Shown here in pieces: positions 29,166-37,003 of a stretch of 54,670 nucleotides of DNA (position 1 is the first letter of the stretch; every line of letters begins with the position of its first letter). The DNA lies in assembly GCA_046757765.1 (NCBI GenBank), contig JBHHYX010000001.1, forward strand, positions 1 through 54,670. The letters run 5' to 3'. The position numbers and the translations under genes are program-made. The notes below the pieces were generated by a model. The model ran no database searches and was not told the origin of the DNA. It saw only the letters and a list, made by a program, of their open reading frames with translations. This DNA comes from Acidobacteriota bacterium. Lineage in GTDB: Bacteria > Acidobacteriota > UBA6911 > RPQK01 > JBHHYX01.

Positions 29166-30501
29166 TCCAAATCAGAGAAATGGCCTGGCGGCGCACCGCG
29201 TCGGCTCCAACAGTGGAGTCCACGACCGCCATCCGGGTAATTCTGTCCTTCAGACCCAGGTAGGCTTGTCGTTGAGCCTCCAGCCACCCCGGCGTGTGCT
29301 CGCCTTTTCTCCGGTAGAGAACCTGCCCCGGGGCATCCAGCAGGAGAACCAGATCGGGGCGGGGAAACCCGAATCCGAGCAGCCGCCGCTTCAATCTTTT
29401 CAGGCCTGAGGGTTTCTCCCTGGCCACCCAGGAGTCGTAAACGTAGCGATCGAAGACGACGAACCGTCCCCGCAACCGTTGGTACACCGCTACAGTCAAT
29501 CTGTACTGCTGATCGAGCCATCGATGGATGGCTCGGATGACCTTCAAGAACGCCCTCTTGAGACTGTAAGAACCTGCCCGGGAGGAGGACCCTGGGAAAT
29601 CCTCGATCCATCCGGGAGAAGGCAAACCGACCGTTCGGGAACGGGGATTACCGCCCATGTAAATCGGAATCCCACGAATGAAGGCATCCTTCGAGAGGTG
29701 GCGTGCCAGCGTACTCTTGCCTCCCCCGTCGGGGGCCAGCAGGACCACCCATACGCCCTGCCGAAAGAGAGCAAAGAGAAGACGTCGGCCTTTTCTCAGG
29801 GTCAGACCCCGGAGGAGACGCCACAGGGTGGCGAGGGGTTCGCACCAGAACATCCTCCGGATCAGAGCCGCGCGCCGCGCCATGAGCGACTGCCAATTCC
29901 GCCGCTCCACACTCTTAAAAATAAGAGAGGCCGAAAGGGCCGGGGCCAGCATCCCGTTGACGGCCCTTTCCAGCCTCCGCTCACCACCCGGCTCGTCCAG
30001 GACCCTACGATACAATGCGACCAACTCCCGGCCCCGCAGGAGGAAACTGTGAAAACCCGTATTGTGGATCAGACACTTGGTCAGCAGCACGATAAAGCCA
30101 TCTTCGGGAGCGAGGAGATAGGTTTCACCAAAGCGCCGACGCCTCTCCAGACAGGCGCCGGCAAAGCCCAGACGAAGGGCTCGGATCGGCTTGCCAAAGC
30201 AAAGATCCGTCACCACATCGAGCTTGATCCAGAGATCTTCTTCTCGGGCATAGGACACGAAGAAGTGATGGGGGGCGTGTCCCCAGGAGGGAACAGGGAT
30301 GAAACCAAGCCGGCAAAGGACCTCACATAAGCGACTCAAATGAGCGGCCCTTGCCAGAAGATCGATTTCCCGGACCGGTTTTTCCGCACGCAATTGTCTG
30401 TAGGGACCTATCAAGGCATAGCGAATGCACTTCTCTTCAAAGGCCGAGAAAACTGCGGCCAGGAGAGGGTGCAACTCGGGCTGGAACGTCTTGGTTGGCA
30501 T
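29113..30501 (-). CDS. Fusion protein: N-terminal uncharacterised nucleotidyltransferase-like domain (NTP_transf_5-like) + C-terminal P-loop kinase-like domain
   Basis: The ORF runs to 30570 and is trimmed to the ATG at 30501 (MPTKTFQPELHPLL...). The N-terminal part (CIRYALIGPY...EIDLLA...LGF) resembles the PF14907-type family from memory. The C-terminal part has Walker A LLAPDGGGKST and is paralogous to 13470..14180. Confidence 0.55.
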   Translation of the reverse strand: MPTKTFQPELHPLLAAVFSAFEEKCIRYALIGPYRQLRAEKPVREIDLLARAAHLSRLCEVLCRLGFIPVPSWGHAPHHFFVSYAREEDLWIKLDVVTDLCFGKPIRALRLGFAGACLERRRRFGETYLLAPEDGFIVLLTKCLIHNTGFHSFLLRGRELVALYRRVLDEPGGERRLERAVNGMLAPALSASLIFKSVERRNWQSLMARRAALIRRMFWCEPLATLWRLLRGLTLRKGRRLLFALFRQGVWVVLLAPDGGGKSTLARHLSKDAFIRGIPIYMGGNPRSRTVGLPSPGWIEDFPGSSSRAGSYSLKRAFLKVIRAIHRWLDQQYRLTVAVYQRLRGRFVVFDRYVYDSWVAREKPSGLKRLKRRLLGFGFPRPDLVLLLDAPGQVLYRRKGEHTPGWLEAQRQAYLGLKDRITRMAVVDSTVGADAVRRQAISLIWNVYGNRQESRQRPSCDS

Positions 30502-31288
30502 TAATATCTGGCTTCGCCGCCGAGTGCGAGCCAAGGTGTGGCCCCGGCTCGCCCCCGGAATCGTGGTCACAGCGCCGTGACAACGGCGGTGTGCCTCTGA
30601 AGCACCTCAGATTGAAAACGAAGAAAAGCACAACTCCCAGGTAAAGGATCGACTCCATCACTTCGTTGTACTCGGATATAGCAAAGGAATAGCTCTTGGG
30701 TCTCGGAAACGAGATGCGGTAGAGCCGCCACACAAATATGGGAAAAAAATAGGGGATGAGGCTGAAGTGCGGCACTACAAGCTTGAAGGTGTCGCTGTCA
30801 GGTCGAAGCCTGTTCCAGCCGATAAGCGCCAGCCCCGGCAAGAGGCTGCCCAAAGCTCCGGCAATCAACTGCAGCCCTCTGAAAGCGGACTCGACGCCAT
30901 GGACATTGTGGAGATTCGACTCCGCCTGCCGGTTCAGCGTATTGAGCCACTCCGGTGTCTCCCAGCCCAGCAGCCTCTGTCCCCAGCTCAGTTCCTCCCC
31001 CATCAGAAACAGGAACCCTCCAGCCAGAAAGAAATAGAGAGTGCGCATTCCTTTGCTCGAAAGGCGACGACCAATGAGAACAGTCAAGACCAGGCTGGTG
31101 GCACAACAGCCCACTTGCATATTCTCCAGAAAGCCGTCCTCGCCGGTCAGCCATTTGTAACCCTCCTTGCTGATGACTCCGACCGGCAGCGGGATCAGAG
31201 CCACGAGAAACGGCGTCACCAGAATGAGCATCGCCACCAGCACCGAAGTGTTCCAATCGTGAGTCGTCTTCCGCAACAGCCTTCGCAT
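30437..31288 (-). CDS. Polytopic membrane protein of unknown function (conserved-looking GEELSWGQR motif)
   Basis: 283 aa with at least 6 hydrophobic segments. The last ~45 aa are hydrophilic and overlap the next gene, so the true 3' end is uncertain. Confidence 0.5.
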   Translation of the reverse strand: MRRLLRKTTHDWNTSVLVAMLILVTPFLVALIPLPVGVISKEGYKWLTGEDGFLENMQVGCCATSLVLTVLIGRRLSSKGMRTLYFFLAGGFLFLMGEELSWGQRLLGWETPEWLNTLNRQAESNLHNVHGVESAFRGLQLIAGALGSLLPGLALIGWNRLRPDSDTFKLVVPHFSLIPYFFPIFVWRLYRISFPRPKSYSFAISEYNEVMESILYLGVVLFFVFNLRCFRGTPPLSRRCDHDSGGEPGPHLGSHSAAKPDINANQDVPARVAPSPGRSFLGL

Positions 31289-31299
31289 TTTTTCGGGAT

Positions 31300-31520
31300 T
31301 CTGGTTCTACGTCGCCTCAAGTCACTGAACCACGAACGTGAGTGAGTGGCCATCCGGATGGGGCCGGGCGCTGACGCTTCGGTTCAGTTTACAGTGCTGC
31401 ATGAAACTTTGTCCTTCGGCCCCTGCCAGTAACCAGGCTCTGACAACGAGGCGAAGGCAGGCCAACGGCAAGGGGACCCCGTCAAAACAACGCATCTGAG
31501 AGCAAAATTCCCAAAATACG
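31300..31520 (-). repeat. R1 structured repeat, copy E (intact mini-ORF 31322..31402, minus strand)
   Basis: The reverse complement reads ...GGGAATTTTGCTCTCAGATGCGTTGTTTTGACGG...CAGAGCCTGGTTACTGGCAGGGGCCGAAGGACAAAGTTTCATGCAGCACTGTAAACTGAACCGAAGCGTCAGCGCCCGGCCCCATCCGGATGGCCACTCACTCACGTTCGTGGTTCAGTGAC. Confidence 0.85.
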
Positions 31521-31524
31521 GCGG

Positions 31525-33678
31525 TCATCCGTCGACGATCGCCAAGGCCTGCCCCTCAATTGCGGAAAGGAAATGTGAACCGCCAAAAAGGCTGAACACC
31601 ACAACCGGACCGGTGGATAAGATCTGAAGTGAACCTCCCACCTGTTCGAATTCAGCGCCGAAGAAGCGTGAATCGTCGAGTAAGCCGGCGACCCGCTCCA
31701 GTGCCTCCATCGGGAAGGTGGCTTCTCGCCTCAACTTTCCATTACGTTCATAAACCTGGACGCTCACTGAAATGGGGTCCTGGGACGAATTGAGCAGAGC
31801 GAGTCCCTGAAAAACGCCGGCGGCTTGAGAATGAGCCACATGTGGAAACAGGGTCTGGAGTCGCCCTTTGCTTTCCATGGGCAGGCTGGAGAGTGTATCG
31901 CCGTCAGACCCTTGATAGGTCACGAGACCCGCCAGGCGCCCACGTTCCACCAGTGTGCCCAGGCTTCGGCCCCGATGCAGAATTTCGAGGTATCCCTGGA
32001 TGATGCCATCCTCGTTCTCTACTCGGATCCCGAACAGCTCCCCCAGGTCGGCAACAAAGAGTTCCCCGGCCTGAAGGTGAAGAGAAGCCGTACCGATCTC
32101 ACGGCGATGATCGTCAAAGGCGGTCACCTGCGCGCTGCCGGGCGTTTGCGCGAGGTTCAGCAACCTGAGAGTAGTAGTGGCTCCCTGGTCGGCAATAAAA
32201 AAGTGAGGAGCCACCAGTGTGCCGCTGGAACTTCCCTGCTGGCCACCTATTGCGGCCAGGTTGCGATCCTGGACAAGCAACTCGAAGCCCTTGACGGGAA
32301 GAGTCGAGTCCACTCTCAGGTAGCCATCATGGATGGGAAGCTCGGCATCGAAAGTCGACCTCAATGGAGTGTTGATTGAAGCCAGCGGCTGGAGAGCGAA
32401 GGAAACCTCCTTCACCGTCCCTCCCGCCTTGTCATGGAGGGTGAGTGTTACCCCTGCGTCCTTCCAACTGCTGGGATTGAAGAGGAAAAGAGTAGTCGAC
32501 TCTGAAGTGTTCTCAGGCGTGGCGAGGAAATAGTGCAGAGTCGCTGCCTCCAGCCCTCCACCCACTCCGTCCAATCGGGCCAGTTGCGAGTCGCCGACCA
32601 TGAAGAGGCCCTGAAAAGGCCCCCGCTGGCTCCGAATGACGAGGCTGGCGAGGTCGATCCCACCAGCAGAGAAAACCGATGAAGAAGCCACCTCCATTGT
32701 GGAAGAGAGGTCACTGGTCAAGTGGGAAGTCTGGCCCAAAGCCGGCATGGTCTCCAGTTGAACGAAGCCCTGCTGGCGGCCGCTGGCCGTGTAGCCCTCG
32801 ATATTGAGGGAGTTGGGCTGGTCGCTGAGGTTCACCGCGGCGAAAGCGACAAAGGAGTCATCGAAATCAGCCCTCGAGGGCAACGCCAGCACTTCCCGTG
32901 GAGAAGTGAAGCAAAGGAGACTTCCATCCACATCAGCGACCAGGCAGGTCCGATCCTGGCCGATGTTGGCAATTCCCTCGGGGTCCCCTATGCCCAGAGC
33001 CTCGGGAGTCGAGAGCGTCTCAATCAGTTCTCCCGCGGTTGAGACCCGGTAAATGGTCTTGGAGGCGTCGGCGTCATCGGTGATCAACAAATCCGTGCCA
33101 TAAAAGGCAAGGCCTTGAGGTTCACTGAATCCCGGCACCAAAGCGCTGGTACTGAAAGAGCTGAGGACACGCCCGGTGCGATCGACCTCAGAGACGGTTT
33201 CATTACTGTCGTCCGCCACAAAGATGTGGCCCGTGATGGGATGGATGGCAATACCATCGGGGGCGCTTGGAGGAGAAAGAGAGAGGTAGACGTCCACAAG
33301 ACTTCCATCTGGTGCCACCTTGAAGATGATTTCGCTTCCCCGACAAATGAGAAGGTCACCGGTCACAGAATCATAGGCAATTCCTTCAGGCTTTCTGATC
33401 TCAGGGATGTCGAACGAACTCACAACCCCTCCCGAAAGGGTGAGCTCGAAGACTCGGCCAGGGTTCTTCGCTACCAGGAAGAGTGTCTGCCGCTGGGGGT
33501 GATAGGTGACCCCTTGCGGGTCGTTGATCCCCAGGGCGCGAAGATCGACCCTGAGCGGCTCTTCGACCTTGAGCTGAGCCTGGGCTGTGAGGGAAAAAAG
33601 GCAGAGACAAGCCAGCGCGACGGTAAGGGCACTGCGCCAACGTCCAACTCCTTCCGGCCCAAACCGGGGCAGTCTCAA
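31525..33678 (-). CDS. Secreted beta-propeller protein (NHL/SdiA-regulated-like repeats) with a large C-terminal beta-rich region
   Basis: The ORF runs to 33834. The proposed start is TTG at 33678 (MRLPRFGPEGVGRWRSALTVALACLCLFSLTAQA), with ATG at 33759 as an alternative. It contains repeated motifs of the type PEGIAYD / PDGIAIHP / PQGLAFY / PEGIANI. Confidence 0.7.
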   Translation of the reverse strand: MRLPRFGPEGVGRWRSALTVALACLCLFSLTAQAQLKVEEPLRVDLRALGINDPQGVTYHPQRQTLFLVAKNPGRVFELTLSGGVVSSFDIPEIRKPEGIAYDSVTGDLLICRGSEIIFKVAPDGSLVDVYLSLSPPSAPDGIAIHPITGHIFVADDSNETVSEVDRTGRVLSSFSTSALVPGFSEPQGLAFYGTDLLITDDADASKTIYRVSTAGELIETLSTPEALGIGDPEGIANIGQDRTCLVADVDGSLLCFTSPREVLALPSRADFDDSFVAFAAVNLSDQPNSLNIEGYTASGRQQGFVQLETMPALGQTSHLTSDLSSTMEVASSSVFSAGGIDLASLVIRSQRGPFQGLFMVGDSQLARLDGVGGGLEAATLHYFLATPENTSESTTLFLFNPSSWKDAGVTLTLHDKAGGTVKEVSFALQPLASINTPLRSTFDAELPIHDGYLRVDSTLPVKGFELLVQDRNLAAIGGQQGSSSGTLVAPHFFIADQGATTTLRLLNLAQTPGSAQVTAFDDHRREIGTASLHLQAGELFVADLGELFGIRVENEDGIIQGYLEILHRGRSLGTLVERGRLAGLVTYQGSDGDTLSSLPMESKGRLQTLFPHVAHSQAAGVFQGLALLNSSQDPISVSVQVYERNGKLRREATFPMEALERVAGLLDDSRFFGAEFEQVGGSLQILSTGPVVVFSLFGGSHFLSAIEGQALAIVDG

Positions 33679-33806
33679 CAGAGGGCTGCGGGCTGATTCA
33701 GGACCCGCTATCTGGCAGAGGCAGGCGTCGGCACATTCCTTCTCGCGGGAGCCTTCCATTCCATCAGTCCTCCCACCGGGCCGGGATCCTCTCCCGGATG
33801 TCCGCC

Positions 33807-34967
33807 TCAGCCTTCTTGTCGTTGCTGTTTCCATAGTTCAATCCTTCGCCCGCGAAGCAGGTTGATAAAGGCCAACAGAGCACAAGTATTAGCCAGACAA
33901 TAGAAGAACGGCAGCAGGAGAAACTTGGACTGTCCTGCCGGCTGACGTCTGAGAACGTATCCGATTGCAGCGGCAGCGTAAAAAAGAATCTGTAAGAGAG
34001 TCAGACTCGCATACAGGAGGCCGGAGGAGCTCAGAACCATCCCCGAAACCAACAGCATTGGAAGAACAAACGGCACCAGCCGGCGGAGCAACTTGTGAGA
34101 AAACAGGATGATTGAATAAAATCCGAATCGAAACGGATTGAGAAGTTTCTTCCTCAGAATGAGGCCTCGAAGTCCTCTGGTCATCAACCGTACCTTGCGC
34201 GAGAATTCCTGCTCGGCAGTCGGGGAGGCTGCCTCGTAGGCACGGGCCTCGGCCTCAAAAATCAACCGGTACCCTTGCTCGATGACTCCCGTTGAAAGGG
34301 CAAAGTCATCGGTGACAGCCGGGTCGAGGGGAAGCTGGTAAAGTTGCCGGCGAATGGCATACACTGCCCCATCCGCCGAGACCGTGCTTCCACTCAATGA
34401 TTCCAGAGATTTCAGCCACTTATCATACGACCAATACAGCCGCTCACCTCTGCTGATCGACTCGCTCTCGGAGGGGATGCGGTAAATCTTGTTGCCTACC
34501 ACCCCTCCCACTCGAGGATCCGCGAAGGCTCGCACCAGCTTCAACAAGGTTTGCCGCTGGTAAAGGATGTTGGCGTCTGAAAAGACGAGTATCTCGCCGC
34601 AAGACCGTTCCGCCGCTCGATTGAGAGCGTGCGCCTTGCCGCGCCTGGGCAGCCGGAGAAGCCTCACAAGGGGGGCGAAACCGGAGACGATGGAGTCGGT
34701 CGAGTCATTCGATCCATCGGAAGCCACAAGAATTTCGAGCTTCGAGGAAGGGTAGACCAGAGACAATGCATTGTCTAGGCGCTGGCCGATGTTCTTCTCT
34801 TCATTGTAAGCGGCGATGATGAGCGAGACGGAAGGGGTCACGGATTCCTTCCGCACAGGAGAACGAAAGAGAGCGGCAACGATTGCCAGAAGAACCGGGA
34901 AACCCAAGTAGACGTAAGCGATGAGGCCAACTGAGAGCCAAAATGTGAAGGTCCAGATGCTGAGCAT
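33807..34967 (-). CDS. GT2-family membrane glycosyltransferase
   Basis: VSLIIAAYNEEKNI, ILVASDGSNDST and ILVFSDAN (DxD) are present. TM helices lie at both ends, giving a processive-GT2-like architecture. Confidence 0.8.
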   Translation of the reverse strand: MLSIWTFTFWLSVGLIAYVYLGFPVLLAIVAALFRSPVRKESVTPSVSLIIAAYNEEKNIGQRLDNALSLVYPSSKLEILVASDGSNDSTDSIVSGFAPLVRLLRLPRRGKAHALNRAAERSCGEILVFSDANILYQRQTLLKLVRAFADPRVGGVVGNKIYRIPSESESISRGERLYWSYDKWLKSLESLSGSTVSADGAVYAIRRQLYQLPLDPAVTDDFALSTGVIEQGYRLIFEAEARAYEAASPTAEQEFSRKVRLMTRGLRGLILRKKLLNPFRFGFYSIILFSHKLLRRLVPFVLPMLLVSGMVLSSSGLLYASLTLLQILFYAAAAIGYVLRRQPAGQSKFLLLPFFYCLANTCALLAFINLLRGRRIELWKQQRQEG

Positions 34968-35008
34968 GTCAGGGAGTCCGGATTGTCACACCCGATTCGA
35001 CCGCGGCG

Positions 35009-35045
35009 CCAACTGTGCGAATTTATTCTTGCGCAAACGCTTAGT
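35009..35045. promoter_or_regulatory. Conserved 37-nt intergenic motif, copy 1 (contains the palindrome TTGCGCAA)
   Basis: CCAACTGTGCGAATTTATTCTTGCGCAAACGCTTAGT. I counted 32 of 37 positions identical to 36867..36903. It lies 42-78 nt upstream of the GT2 start codon. Confidence 0.5.
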
Positions 35046-35057
35046 GCTCCCTCCTCG

Positions 35058-35819
35058 TCAGCAGGCCCCTTTCCCCACGATGATGCCGTAAATCGTGCGA
35101 ACAAGGATGGCAACGTCCAAACTGAGCGACCGGTTTCGGACATAAGCGATGTCCAGTCGCAGCCTCTCGTCAAAACCAAGTTCACTGCGACCCGAGATCT
35201 GCCAAAGGCCCGTCAGGCCCGGCTTGACTTCCAGCCGGGCCGTGTGCCACAGACTGTAGCAACGGGCGGCAAAAGAAGTCGGTCTTGGCCCCACCAGACT
35301 CATCTCCCCCCGAATGACGTTGAAAATCTGAGGGAGTTCGTCCAGGCTCGTCTTTCGCATCACGCGCCCCACGCGGGTAATGCGGGGATCATTTGGGATC
35401 TTGAAATCAGGGTAGGAGAGCTGGTTGAGGTGAAGATACTTCTTTTTGAGCTCCTCCGCATTCGTCACCATGGTCCGCAACTTGTACATTTTGAAGCGGC
35501 GACCCCCTTTGCCCGTCCTGCGCTGGGCAAAGAAGACAGGGCCGGGACTGTCGAGCTTGATGGCAAAGCAACAGACGCCCAGAACAGGCAGCACCAAAGG
35601 AAGAGCGGCGAGGGCGAGGCCCAGATCGAGCCCCCGCTTGAGGCGCTGGTACACCTCCTGACCGAACGGGTTGCAGATGGCAGATCTTACGTACCACGGC
35701 TTCGCCGGAAGGAACACAGGAGGGACCCGGACCAGGGAAGAGAATTGCGACTCCAGCCCGGCCCTGACCGAACGGTCATCCAGGGTTCCCAAGTGGGTCT
35801 CGGATTTCAACCTGGCCAT
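35058..35819 (-). CDS. Initiating polyprenyl-phosphate sugar-1-phosphate transferase (bacterial sugar transferase family, WbaP/EpsL-like)
   Basis: The ORF runs to 35945 and is trimmed to the ATG at 35819. The family signature was read directly: RRFKMYKLRTM...DPRITRVGRVMRKTSLDELPQIFNVIRGEMSLVGPRP...KPGLTGLWQISGR. Confidence 0.9.
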   Translation of the reverse strand: MARLKSETHLGTLDDRSVRAGLESQFSSLVRVPPVFLPAKPWYVRSAICNPFGQEVYQRLKRGLDLGLALAALPLVLPVLGVCCFAIKLDSPGPVFFAQRRTGKGGRRFKMYKLRTMVTNAEELKKKYLHLNQLSYPDFKIPNDPRITRVGRVMRKTSLDELPQIFNVIRGEMSLVGPRPTSFAARCYSLWHTARLEVKPGLTGLWQISGRSELGFDERLRLDIAYVRNRSLSLDVAILVRTIYGIIVGKGAC

Positions 35820-36027
35820 TACAGAATCTCTCAGACAGTCTTGTAGTGTGAGAGGTTGAGATGTGGGGGCGGGAATAACCGAAAACAAGCAACGCGGGCT
35901 AGTAGTGGCTTGTTGCGAAAGTCTTTTCCCTCTATGGGCGAGCAATTCTTGCCGCCGGAGTGGACAGTTTATGAATAATCCTCGGGGTGGGAGAATCTGT
36001 CATCTCGATCCAGGTTTTTGAGGCTCC

Positions 36028-36100
36028 GGCTCGGTATCAGTATCGCAATCGACGGCGACAGCGATGGCGAACCCGATTGGGATACCGATGAAGACGCGGC
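36028..36100. repeat. R3 hexamer-periodic element, copy 1
   Basis: GGCTCGGTATCAGTATCGCAATCGACGGCGACAGCGATGGCGAACCCGATTGGGATACCGATGAAGACGCGGC. The core ATCGACGGCRAYWGCGATKGCGAACCCGATTSSGATACCGAKGAAGACGCGGC is shared with 52412..52468. Confidence 0.7.
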
Positions 36101-36143
36101 TAACCGACCGCTGGTCGGTCTGAGGCACCGCCTCGCTATGATC

Positions 36144-36166
36144 GAGTGTGAGAAATTCGGGCTAGC
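36144..36166 (-). repeat. R2 repeat family, short copy (e), overlapping the stop codon of 36162..36785
   Basis: The reverse complement reads GCTAGCCCGAATTTCTCACACTC. Confidence 0.6.
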
Positions 36167-36785
36167 GTGCCACGGTTTGTTTCCCCAGCCTCATTCTGCC
36201 ATGGCCGGTGGCGCATGCTTGCTCGGCACGGCGCACCAGATCTTCGATGATCAAACCGCCGGCTGGAAACTCTGCCACACCGCCCACCAACTCGAGCTGA
36301 GTGCGCTTCCGGACCAAGTCTCTTATTCGGTCCAGGGTCCGAGTGGCCTGCAGTCGATCCGATTCGACGAGTACGAGAACATACTGGTTCCGCTCGGGCC
36401 GGTAGGTGACAATGTCCTGGGCTCTCAGGGCGTCCTCTACGATCGAACCCACGAAAAGGAAAGTCGTTTCTTGCGCTCGTTGCAGGAAAGTGTTTCCCCG
36501 GCTTCTGGGCGCTCCGAAGGGGCCGGTTTGGGTGAAACCGCTTCGGCTGAAGGACCCGGTGCTGGGTTGAACAACGGCCACCGACAAGCAGCGCTTGTAG
36601 CGGCGCGCTCGCGACAGTTCTTCGGCTATAGTACTCAGCGATCGAAAGTAGGTAGGGACCTGCACCGCCCGAAGAATCAGCGAGTGCGGAAGAGGGACTT
36701 CTGACCTGAAATGGCGATAGCGCCTGACGCAAAGTACCGCCACCAACAGGTTGACAAGTGCAAAAACCGGCAGCCAGGTCAACAT
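36162..36785 (-). CDS. Membrane-anchored protein with a degenerate GGDEF-like domain (no GGDEF/GGEEF motif)
   Basis: One N-terminal TM segment (MLTWLPVFALVNLLVAVLCV). The remainder follows the GGDEF-fold pattern (R.RRY.R.LSVAVV ... LR..DIVTYRPERNQYVLVLVESD...A...LDRIR..V......VGG.AEFP..G..IEDLVRRAEQA). PERNQY stands in place of GGDEF. Confidence 0.45.
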   Translation of the reverse strand: MLTWLPVFALVNLLVAVLCVRRYRHFRSEVPLPHSLILRAVQVPTYFRSLSTIAEELSRARRYKRCLSVAVVQPSTGSFSRSGFTQTGPFGAPRSRGNTFLQRAQETTFLFVGSIVEDALRAQDIVTYRPERNQYVLVLVESDRLQATRTLDRIRDLVRKRTQLELVGGVAEFPAGGLIIEDLVRRAEQACATGHGRMRLGKQTVAR

Positions 36786-36866
36786 CCTAACTAATCCTGA
36801 GTTCTCAGGGCTGGCGCAAGAATAACGTCACATTTTGGCATCTCATCTTCACACCAAATCTTAACA

Positions 36867-36903
36867 CCAACTGTTCGAAGCTAGTCTTGCGCAAACCCTT
36901 AGT
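36867..36903. promoter_or_regulatory. Conserved 37-nt intergenic motif, copy 2 (contains the palindrome TTGCGCAA)
   Basis: CCAACTGTTCGAAGCTAGTCTTGCGCAAACCCTTAGT. It lies 82-118 nt upstream of the 36785 start codon. Confidence 0.5.
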
Positions 36904-37003
36904 TTGCAGCGGCCTGGCGAAATGGCCGTTGAAGTCTCGGGGCCCCCGGCAACGGCGCCGGGTGGATCCGCCTTCGAATCGGCCGTCGACAGCCCAGAGA
37001 GCT

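Noticed and set aside
10625-30501. Lasso-peptide or graspetide biosynthetic cluster, suggested by the HprK-like kinase, NTP_transf_5-like domain and ATP-grasp enzyme.
   Set aside because: I found no asparagine-synthetase-like cyclase and no transglutaminase-like leader peptidase. I also recognised no clear PqqD/RRE protein. All genes are interleaved with classical Wzx/Wzy polysaccharide genes. The idea is kept only as a speculative link in the mini-ORF finding.
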